The notes beneath the pieces were generated by a model. That model worked only from the letters and a program-made list of their open reading frames with translations. It ran no database searches and was not told where the DNA came from. The translations under genes and the position numbers were made by a program. A stretch of DNA of 64,000 nt from Octopus bimaculoides. Lineage: Eukaryota. Shown here piece by piece: positions 12,961-23,700 of the stretch (the first letter of the stretch is position 1; each line of letters opens with the position of its first letter). Where the stretch lies: contig NC_068982.1 of assembly GCF_001194135.2 (NCBI RefSeq), positions 115,282,989 through 115,346,988 on the forward strand, given 5' to 3'.

Positions 12961-13484
12961 TGGTAATCTGCCAAAATAAACATTAAAAATCGAAAGGAGA
13001 AAATAAACAGCTTTGCAAGTTTAACTCAGTGTTTATTGAACAAGAATGGTGTAAAATTTAAGAAGTGTGCTTGTTAGAATATACATGTCTGTGAGGAGAC
13101 ATAAACAAGAATAGCAAAAATCTACTATACCAAAAGAACTGGTAATACATACATTACAAGTGTTCTATGAAGAGAACATAAGATTGCTGCATAATTCAAC
13201 ATGAATGTGAAATGACATTAGACATTGTATAAGGTAAATGAAGCTTTCTGTGGGAACGCTAAAAAAGTCATATTCACTTAATGAGTTCACATACGTGAAG
13301 ATAAATTATGATGTCATTGTCGGCATTAGATGCAGTAAGAGCTGGTAGTGGCGATATCAATGGGGATGAACTTCATTGTGTAGTAATGTGGAGAAAGCAA
13401 GCAATAGCTTCCTGGTGGCAATGCAAGCTAGACTCCCTAAGAGGAGAAAAATTGATCTATTTAAGGAAATTGCTAGGCTCCACA
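12961..13484 (-). mobile_element. Candidate LTR (~520 bp) adjoining the Gypsy pol remnant
   Basis: The minus strand starts TGTGGAG and ends ..TTACCA, with an internal AATAAA. It shares the motif AAGCTGTTT(T)ATTTTC with the LTR at 14914-15391. No second copy is present to confirm it. Confidence 0.3.
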
Positions 13485-13949
13485 GAGATGTGAAAGATTT
13501 TTCCACCAAGAGAACACGTGATCCATTTCAGTGCATCTGATTGGTTGACCGGGTAATTTGGCATAATTGTTTAAGGGACAAATTGCGCCTAAAAACTAAC
13601 CAATCAGAGCAAATGGTTAAAACATAATCTTTATAGCTAAGTGCTCTCTGCTACATCCAAACAACAACTATAAATAAAAGGGAGAGAGAATAGTTTGTCG
13701 TTTATTCTTTTGTCAATCCATTTTGCTACAGAGTGATCCCAAATAACTTGTGCTTAAATATGGCAACTTCCCCTGTTGGTTTTAACTGTTATGTCACACA
13801 GACAAAAATTTTATGGGTGAAAAATATGTCTAACCCATTAATAGACATGCTATTAGCATATCCAAGCCATAGATCAAAAAATGGGGGGCTACATTAGTAA
13901 AAGTTATGAGCTTTCAGTGTCTAGCCTGTTGCTCTTTATTGCTGTTTTC

Positions 13950-14640
13950 TTGCTTTTCCAACTGTTAAGAAGAATGAAAGAATTAGTGGAGGATAACCTG
14001 CTTGAAAAGTTGATGTTGAGACAACTTTTTTTTTTGAGCCTATCATTAAATGTACAAGCCATTTTAATGCCTATAATAGAGCAGAGTTCTACTATTCAGT
14101 TGGCTGACTTGGCAGATGGTATTATGGAAATTTCTTCTTCCAATAATTCTAGTGCAGAAGTTTGTTTTCCTACCATCATCTCTTCTATTTCCTCTGAACT
14201 GGTAATGTTTTGTAAGACAATTGAAGACAAAATTAGACTCGTACAATTGCAATTACCTCAATGTTCTGTGCATTTGAATTATCATTGTTGAAGGACTTTA
14301 AGAAATCATTCATTCAGTCTTCATGGGAGACAAACAACATTTTGTTGGTATCACAACCATTTTGGTGCTAACGCACACAGGTGCACTCAAACATATTCTT
14401 TCAAATTAGTCACTCAAATGTGGGGAAAATGGCAGCACTAGGGATTAAGTATAATTATATCTCTTGATGTGCCTTCAATAATCTTTTATGTTTATGACAC
14501 CATTTCCAAATATCATTTCCTGGTAGATACAGGAGCAGCTTATTTGTCAGAAAAGCACTTTTGCCATTTCTTGGAAGGAAGAACCTTTGCCATTTATACT
14601 GATCATAACCCATTAACCTACGCTTTACAATCCAAAACAT
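13950..14640 (+). mobile_element. Ty3/Gypsy CsRN1-like gag-protease-RNase H remnant
   Basis: Gag RMKELVEDNLLEKLMLRQLF..QLADLADGIME; CHCC-type knuckle CWYHNHFGANAHRC at 14343-14384; protease FYVYDTISKYHFLVDTGA fused by a deletion to RNase H HFCHFLEGRTFAIYTDHNPLT. Confidence 0.85.
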
Positions 14641-14913
14641 TAGACACCTTGATTGTATTGCACAGTTTACTGTGAATATTTATTATATCAAGACTGCTGA
14701 AAATTCTGTGTTCATATCAATGCTTTGCATATCTTACAAACTTGTTTCTTAATCATTGTTACATGATCTTTATCTTAGCATTTATTCTGTATCCAATGCA
14801 TGTTTTTTTGTTTTTTTGGTTTTGTGTTGGCATATTGTGTTTGTATGTAATTTTGCTATTTTCAAATAATTCATTCTTTTCATTTCGACTGTGAATCAAT
14901 GGGAGGTGACTCT

Positions 14914-16371
14914 TGTAGAGATTCGAACTCCAACAGCAACATATTCAATTAGGGATCATGAGTAAGCCACCAAAGTTTCACGAGATTAATCTATAAATCA
15001 ACCAATCAGTCTGATATGACTTCTTGGGTGATCTAAAATTCATCCCCTTTTCACCCTTTAGGAGAGTGGGTTATATATCTTTAGATATACACCTAACTTT
15101 CCTACATTAAATTGGAAGAAAACTGAACGCAGAAACTCCAAACTGATCAACAACAACAAATATTTATTGTTCGGTGGAAAATAAAACAGCTTCTAATTGT
15201 CCGGTTTTAGAGTAGCCTGAAATGTAGATGTACGGTTCTTTGTTATAGAGACAACTTGGTTCAACCACACTCAAATGGGAGAGCTTGCTTAGACGTCTTG
15301 CTTGGTCGCTGTCTGCCTTGGTAAGAGACCGAATAATAGCGGGAACGCTTTGATGTTGAAACCCACGCATGCGTGGTTAAGGATTCAGTAANNNNNNNNN
15401 NNNNNNNNNNNNNNNNNNNNNNNNNNNNNNNNNNNNNNNNNNNNNNNNNNNNNNNNNNNNNNNNNNNNNNNNNNNNNNNNNNNNNNNNNNNNNNNNNNNN
15501 NNNNNNNNNNNNNNNNNNNNNNNNNNNNNNNNNNNNNNNNNNNNNNNNNNNNNNNNNNNNNNNNNNNNNNNNNNNNNNNNNNNNNNNNNNNNNNNNNNNN
15601 NNNNNNNNNNNNNNNNNNNNNNNNNNNNNNNNNNNNNNNNNNNNNNNNNNNNNNNNNNNNNNNNNNNNNNNNNNNNNNNNNNNNNNNNNNNNNNNNNNNN
15701 NNNNNNNNNNNNNNNNNNNNNNNNNNNNNNNNNNNNNNNNNNNNNNNNNNNNNNNNNNNNNNNNNNNNNNNNNNNNNNNNNNNNNNNNNNNNNNNNNNNN
15801 NNNNNNNNNNNNNNNNNNNNNNNNNNNNNNNNNNNNNNNNNNNNNNNNNNNNNNNNNNNNNNNNNNNNNNNNNNNNNNNNNNNNNNNNNNNNNNNNNNNN
15901 NNNNNNNNNNNNNNNNNNNNNNNNNNNNNNNNNNNNNNNNNNNNNNNNNNNNNNNNNNNNNNNNNNNNNNNNNNNNNNNNNNNNNNNNNNNNNNNNNNNN
16001 NNNNNNNNNNNNNNNNNNNNNNNNNNNNNNNNNNNNNNNNNNNTTTTGAATGGAAGAAAAAATGTTCAATAAAAAAAACTGAAATTGTCCAGTAAAAACA
16101 CAATAAATCAAACATAAATAGTTTTTTCCAATTTCTTGGGCCAATGCACCGTCCTGCCAAACCTAGTGACATAAGGTTCGCTAGGGTTCCTTTGCAACGA
16201 CGAAGGTGGTGTAATCGTTGGTGTGTGTGATTGTGATGGTGCTGATGTTGGTGTATGCATTGGTAAGAGACCGAATAATAGCGGGAACGCTTTGATGTTG
16301 AAACCCACGCATGCGTGGTTAAGGATTCAGTAATGGCGCCTACCTTTTAGCGCCAATATGACGTCACTACA
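14914..16371 (-). mobile_element. Internally deleted Gypsy LTR element (partial 5' LTR, integrase tail, gap, 3' LTR)
   Basis: Termini TGTAG (14914) and CTACA (16371). A 74-nt segment is identical at 15318-15391 and 16260-16333. The integrase tail PYVTRFGRTVHWPK lies at 16108-16259 on the minus strand. Confidence 0.7.
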
Positions 16372-16869
16372 ACACTATAAAAAACATTCAGTGCTGAACA
16401 CAGCCAAATGGCCTTGGCAGGCTGCTAAGACCAGATGACCTTGGGTCACTTACAGAAGACAAACTACTATGATCAGGCCACCTTGGGCACACAGACAAAC
16501 CAACTTGAGCAAGAAATGATTTCAGGCACTAATACATGATGTACTACAGCTCGCCTTCTTCAAGACAGCATGCTTCTCTCCTCTCAGTTGCCGGTTATAT
16601 TATCAGCAGCTTTCTTTTGTCAACATCCAATGCTGTAAATCAAGTCCAACAATAAATATGTTAAAAGTTCATGAGTTTGTTTAGTTTATTATACATGCAG
16701 TCAACTAGACCGCATGACAATGGTCTTCAGTAATACAACACACACCAACAAGTAACCACTACAACATGGTGACCAAGCAACCTTATGATAGTTATTTTAC
16801 CATTCTTTTACTCTTTTGCTTGTTTCAGTCATTTGACTGCAGTCATGCCGGAGTGCTACCTTGAACATT

Positions 16870-17380
16870 CAAAAACTTTTTTCAAATCATATTGATGTTG
16901 AATCTTCTGCATTGAATGAGAACCATTATAGGGTAAGCTAAATGTTTATCTATAATGCTTTTCCTAATAAAAGCACTTTTGATCATTGATTTCATGGAAA
17001 ATTCATCAGTATTAACAAATGTGTATACTACCTCTTCTACAGCTTCAGTCTGTTTTTTTTTTTTTTTTTTGATAAAGATAGTTATTTTTCTGTTGGTCAA
17101 TCTTTTCAAAAGAAGTTCATTTATTTTAATTGTACTAGTTTCTGAGAAAACATCTATGGAAATGGTTTTTAAATGGCATAGAAAAGTGCTTGTTGAACCA
17201 GTCAAGCACTTTAAGACGTTTTGCAATTAGTTTTTATATAATATACTAGGAATTTCGAAAAATCGAGAGAATCCAAGGAACTCCTGATTGTGTCTGGAGG
17301 CAAATTCAGAACACAAGAAGAATCCCTAATTTTTTTTAATATATATATAATAAGGGATAATTTTTAGGATTGGTAGGCTA
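16870..17380 (-). mobile_element. Degenerate hAT transposase 5' fragment (BED-finger-like)
   Basis: Minus-strand VLKCLTGSTSTFLCHLK resembles the BED-finger GSTS.L..HL motif, followed by DEFSMKSMIKSAFIRKS. The terminal motif AATCCTAAAAA is also seen near 38480-38510. Confidence 0.45.
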
Positions 17381-17429
17381 GTAATAGTATGCAATGGCAA
17401 GGATCAAAAATCAAATTATGTATATTGTG

Positions 17430-17990
17430 TCACTGGCACTGGCCATGACTACAAATTCACTTGGCTTGATGTGTCTTCTAAAGTACAGTAAACTGCCAAA
17501 GGTCTTGATCACTTGTCATCGCCTCTGTGAGACTCAACATGCAAAGATTATGTTTCACAACCTTGTCCCATGTCTTCCTGGGTCTACCTCTTCCACAGGT
17601 TCCCTCCACAGTTTGAGATCAGCACTTTTTATGCAGCTGTCTTTGTCCATATCCTTCACATGACCAAACCAGTGCAGTCCTCTCTCTTACACACCACATC
17701 TGATGCCTTTTATGCTTACTTTTTCTCTCAAGATGCTTACACTGTCGTATGTGCACACTGACATTGCACATGCAGCAAAGTATACTAGCTTCATTTCTTT
17801 CAAGCCTTGCATGTCCTCAGCAGTCGCAGCCCATGTTTCACTTTGAGGGAGAGGCCTTTCATTCTGAGGGAGAGTCCCTTTGCTATCAACAAAGGTAGAA
17901 GCTCTCTGAACTTTACCCAGCTTATTCCTATTCTAGCAGCTATGCTCTTGAAGCATCCACCTCCACTGCTGACTTGATAATCAATTTTCA
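17430..17990 (-). mobile_element. RTE-clade LINE 3' fragment
   Basis: Minus strand encodes degenerate ..[45 protein letters not shown].., the RTE RT C-terminal signature. Confidence 0.8.
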
Positions 17991-18483
17991 TTATACATTA
18001 AGCTTGTTATCTTTTTCTTTAAAAAACACATTCCTGGTTTCAATAAAAGCCTTCTTATTTTCTTCTGAAAGATAAATTTGTTCTTGATGCTGAAAATCCA
18101 AACAATACATCTATTTCCATTTAGTTTTCCTCTACTGAACAGCTATTTTATCTGAACTGCTATTACATTTGTGGGCAGGGACTGTTTAGTGTTTTAACAT
18201 ACCACTTAGTCCTTGGATATTCATATGTATCAAACCTTTGATTCCTTTCTAGCACGAAGGGTTTCTCTGTAGATGTCCTGGCTGGGTATTAGCTGCATCA
18301 GTTTCACCGTGTTGGGAGTACCTGAAATATAGGATACTTTCTTTTCCTCGCCTAACATATCAAAATAGCAATTTGTTCACTTTTAAAAATAAAAATGAAA
18401 ATATAATATCAATGATTGTAATCATTTAAAATAAACTTTAGTTCTTAAAAGCAATATGCTTATATATCTGTAATCGTAAAAGC

Positions 18484-18582
18484 AAACAGTTTACTGTTGT
18501 AATATGTCGTCTTGCGCAAAGTTTATCTAGCCATTAAAGAGTGTATAGATCTACGTCTAGTCGACGCTTTCAAATCAGCAAA
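18484..18582 (+). promoter_or_regulatory. Putative Prx4 proximal promoter / 5'UTR
   Basis: CpG-enriched segment immediately before the ATG, with a perfect TTGCGCAA palindrome at 18512-18519 and a CAAA-ATG start context. The TSS cannot be determined. Confidence 0.4.
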
Positions 18583-18736
18583 ATGTCGTCCACTGTCGGT
18601 CTCGTACTGGTGCTGTTTGCTGTTTCAGCTGTTTGCTGGGGTGAGGAAACTTGTTATTCTTATGCTGGTGGTCAGGTTTATCCACAGGAAGATAGGAAAC
18701 TGTCTGGACACACGATTCAATGGAGCAAGGCCATAA
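18583..18736 (+). CDS. PRDX4: Peroxiredoxin-4 exon 1 (signal peptide and Prx4-specific N-terminus)
   Basis: [51 protein letters not shown]; donor A|GTATGT at 18737, phase 1. Confidence 0.95.
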
Positions 18737-20763
18737 GTATGTTTTTCCTTATTGTAAACGTGTACATAAACATGAGTGGTGGCGGTTGGAGATTCTTCTG
18801 CCCGTCATTGGTCTGCACTACTAATTCAACAATTGCATGAACTGTATCATTTCTGTTGGAATCTAGACTAAAACATTAACAAAAATAATTATGAATTGAG
18901 AGAGAGAACGAAATATTAATTTTTGCTGTAGAAGAAAAAGAAAACTTGATTCCCTGCTCGCCGAATTCGCGTCCCGGTTTCGAACTCCTGTTATAATTAC
19001 ATTTCTTTAACAGTTAAATTATATTTTAATTTTTTTTCTTGTGGCTTAATGATCTCTCTCTCTCTCTCTCCGAAATTGGACCAGCGTCCGAAATTTTCTT
19101 TTTTCTCACAGCATGCAACATATTCCGCCGTTTTAACTAACATAGTTAATGCTTTCGGGAAAGGCATGAATGTTACACAATTCTCACCATTTTATTAGCT
19201 TGTGTTAAAAAAATCAATCTTAGACGAAGTATCAGCTTGTATTCGACCCCCCCCCCTCTCATCGAAATTAAATCGAACGCACACTCTACCAACTTAAATG
19301 TAGGAGACATTGGACCATTCAGATTTTGGTGTGTGCGTTGTGGCATAAATGGGACACATTTGATCATAAGTCTGATTGATCAAGGGCTAAACCTGAGACT
19401 AATTCGAATTCGGCGGAGGTAAAGAATACGCACACAACCCGTTTTCGGCGTAACCCTAACTCTAACCCTAAACCCTAGTCCTAACCTTAACTCTAAACAC
19501 CGGGTGTGCTTATTCTTTACCTCCGCCTCGAACTTCATATTTCGTGATTATCAAAATCTGTTGCATTAATAGTTGCATAATCCTAAAGGCGGCAAGCTGG
19601 CAGAATCGTTAGTACGCCGGACAAAATGCTTTACGGTATTTCGTCCGTCTTTACGTTCTGAGTTTAAATTCTGCCGAGGTCGACTTTGCCTTTCATCCTT
19701 TTGGGGTCGATAAAATAAGTACTAGTTGAGTCCTGGGGTCGATGCTATCAACATACTGCCTCTACCGAAATGCTGGCCTTGTGCCAGAATTTGAAACCAT
19801 TAATAGTTGTATAACCCTAAGTTACACTTGATTCTGTAGAGCTGTGATTTAAAACATTCCAGACATGACCATTTAGTCTTTTTCCTGGAATAGGGTAACT
19901 GATGACATTGTCCGATGTCTTGAGTGTTAGAGAGATTTGACTGCTATTCTTAGCAGACTTAGTGACCTCATTGAAAGTCCCCTGTTAACAAATATTTCAT
20001 TAATTTGATTTTTATGTGATTGGTGTATGAGAGAATTATTGAGAGTTGACTATATGTACTTGTAAAAATGCCCATTACTTTCTTGTTCTTTTTCTTTAGA
20101 TCAAATCTATGATCAAACACGTTCGCAAGGTTATAATTGAAGACACTTGCCTTCATTACCATATAACAGGAACGAACCCGAAACTATGTGGTTGTGGGCA
20201 AACTTCTTAATTAGACAACTCTGCCTGTATCTTCTTTCATACATACGTACATGCATGCATGCGTGTGTATCTTTTACTTGTTTCAGTCATTTGACTGCGG
20301 CCATGTTGTGGCCTCACTATCAAGGGTTTTAGTTGGACAAATCAGCCCCAAGGCATTTTTTAAAGCCTAGTACTTATTCTATTGGTCTCTTTTGCTGAAC
20401 AGCTAAGTTACAGGGATATAAACACACCAACACCGGTTGTCAAGTGGTGGTGGGGGACAAACACACACACATACACGACTGGCTTCTCTCAGTTTCCGTA
20501 AACCAAATCCACTCACAAAGCTTTGATTGGCCCGAGGCTATAGAAGAAGACACTTACCCAAGGTGTCATAGTGGATCTGAACCCAGACCCATATGGTTGG
20601 GAAGCAAGGCCTGTACCTTGTATGTTATTTCTCTCTCTTTTACTTGTTTCAGTCATTTGACTGCGGCCATGCTGGAGCACCGCCTTTAGTCGAGCAAATT
20701 GACCCCAGGACTTATTCTTTGGAAGCCTAGTACTTATTCAATCGGTCTCTTTTGCCGAACCGC

Positions 20764-20795
<32 letters not shown>

Positions 20796-23700
20796 TATGA
20801 CGGGCTTCTTTCAGTTTCCGTCTACCAAATCCACTCACAAGGCTTTGGTCGGCCTGAGACTATAGTAAAAGACACTTGCCCAAGGTGCCACGCAGTGGGA
20901 CTGAACCCGGAACCATGTGGTTGGTAAGCAAGCTACTTACCACACAGCCACTCAAACATCATTTTATTTACCAAAGCAACAAGGCAGCTAGTCCTATTAG
21001 AGTTAAGTGTGCCATGAGGAAAGGATTATTGAGACTCGGAATTAGTGGAAGATACTGCATGAATGGGTGGAGAACAAAGTGTTTGCTAGTGGAGGTTGGT
21101 GGTTAAAGGTTTGCAGGTCATACTCTGAGTAAGGTCTGTGGAACTCTGGGCATTACAGGAGTATGTAAAAGAAGAGCTGTGATGAACAACAAAAGGTTAC
21201 TGAGAAAACCTCTTGATGGCTCTTGCTGAAAAGAGGTAATCAGTTGAGTCAACACAATGCCACAGGCCTAGGCTTGATCAGCTAAGTCAAGTCACCTGGA
21301 TGAAGTATGTTGTAAAACAAATACTCAATGATTCCAGGACACAACGCTACTGATGTATCCAAGCATTGCTTGTGTAGATGTGCTGAATTATATATATATA
21401 TTTATATTATTTTGTTTTCACTCTCATAGTTCTTAATTCTAAGTAGTTAGACTTAGCTTCTTTGAACTTGTCATCCCTGGAATCTCTCTCTCTCTCTCTT
21501 TCATATATATATCATGTATATTGTGTAGATATATAAACATATATTATATATATCTGTAACCACATCGTGTCATTCAAATGCAAAAATAGAAAAAAAATAT
21601 GAAAATGGTTGATCCTAAGTCATATGAAATAGCATGAAGGAGATGTGAACTCTGCCTAAAGGAGTTACTCCAAATACTTGTGTGTGTGTGTATTTCAATT
21701 AAAATTTTTTTTTTTAATTTTCTAAATTTTATAATTTTTAATTCTTTAATTTTAATTTTTAATCTTTAAATTTTTTAATGTTTAATTTTTTAAAAATTCT
21801 TTTAATTTAATTTAAAATTATATTTCACCTTCAATTTTATTTGATTTTTAAAATAACTATTTTATTTTATTTTATTTTATTTTATTTTTAACCTCACATT
21901 TTTCCCTCTACCTCTATTTAATATCCACTGTTATAAAAGCTTTCGTTACCTTCCCGTCATAATACATTTACTGCTAATTTTTCATTCATTTTTTCTTTTA
22001 CAATTTACCCCCAATATGAGACAGTATCAATGATCAAATATTAAAAATTTAAGTTGACTATGAGAGTAAGTGGCCTCCGTCAAATTTCAACACAGTCTGA
22101 TTTGGCATGGTTTCTATGGCTGGATGCCCTTCCTAATGCCAACCACTCCAAGAGTGTAATGGGTGCTTTTACGTGCCAGTTGACACCAGTATCTGCCATG
22201 ACTACGATTTCACTCAGCTTGACGGATCTTCCTTCTTAAGCACAGCATATTGCCAAAGGTCTTAGTCATTTGTCATTGCCTCCGTGAGGCTCAGCACTTG
22301 AAAGGTGCTTTTTATGTGCCACCAGCATGGTTAATAGTCTATGACAGCAGCATCAGCCAACACTCAAAAGGTGCTTTTTATGTGCCACCAACATGGGTGC
22401 CTGTTATGTGACACCCACATTGGTCACAACTATGATTTCACTTGGCTTGATAGGTCTTCATAAGCATGGCATATTGCCAAATGTCTCAGTTGCTAGTCAT
22501 TGCCTCCGTGAGGCCCAGCATTTGAAGATCATGCTTCACCACCTCATCTCATGTCTTCCTGGGTTTCCCTCTTCCACAGCACATATATATTATTTATATC
22601 TTTTGCCTTACACTTGTTTCAGTCATTAGGCTGTGACCATGCTGGGGCATTGCCTTCAGGAATTTTTTGTTGAATGAATTGACCCTAGTACTTTTTTTTT
22701 TTTTAGGCTGGTACATATTCTATTGATCTCTTTTGCCAAACTGCTAGGTTATGGGGACAGAAACATACCAACACTATTTATTAAGTGGTGGTGGGACACA
22801 CACACACACATATTACACAGACCTGAAACATATGAATTAAATTATTTTAAGATATCACTATTTGGTTTGACTTCATTATTACAACTTATACAACATGATG
22901 CCAATGCAAACTAGCTTGTCCAGACTCCACTTAGTTGGATAGTCCAACAACGATTATCTTTGACTTGAGTCAAAAATTCTGGTACTGTACACTGCTTCTT
23001 AGCATAACATGAAACATATATCATCATCATGTAATGTTGGATGGTTTGACTGAGAACTGGTAAGCCAGGGAGCTGCACCAGGTTCTGATCTGATTTGGCA
23101 AGGTTTCTACAGCTGGATGCCCTTCCTAACACCAACCACCCTGAGAGTGTAGTGGGTGTTTTTTATGTGCCACCGGTAGGGTGCTATTGACCTGACACCA
23201 GCATCAGCCATGACTACGGTCTCACTTGGCTTGATGGGTCAACACAGGCACGGTATATTACTAAGGGTCATGGTCACCTGTCACTGCCTACATGAGGCTT
23301 AATGCTTGAACAGTGCTTTTTACGTGCCACAGCACAGGTGCCAGCCAGACAGGCTCCAATCTGATCTGGCAAGGTTTCTACAGTTGGATGCCCTTCATAA
23401 CACCAACCAATTTGAAGGTGTAGTGGGTGCTTTTTACGTGCCACTGGCACGGGAGCCTGTCAGGTGGCACTGGCATTGATCACATTCGTATGGTGCTTTT
23501 TACATGCTAGTCAGGCAGCACTGACATTGGCCACAACTGTGATTTCCATTTTGGTTTCGATTTCAATTTTGATTTTACTTGACTCAATAGGTCTTCTCAA
23601 GCACAGCGTATCGCCCGATGATTCAAGGATACTTTTAAATGGGCTGTATATATACATTATATTATATTATATATATATATATTATAATGGAGAAAGCTGC

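Noticed and set aside
15261-16172. ORFs of 240-303 aa
   Set aside because: Almost entirely N-gap.
18541-18582. N-terminal extension of Prx4 from the GTG at 18541
   Set aside because: The ATG at 18583 has a good context and starts directly with a signal peptide. The ORF-track run-on past 18736 is intron.
19451-19498. True telomere or chromosome end
   Set aside because: Short, degenerate, intronic and enclosed by inverted repeats.
19588-20953. tRNA genes
   Set aside because: The A/B-box heads continue into SINE bodies and tails, one with a TSD, and no complete cloverleaf is evident.
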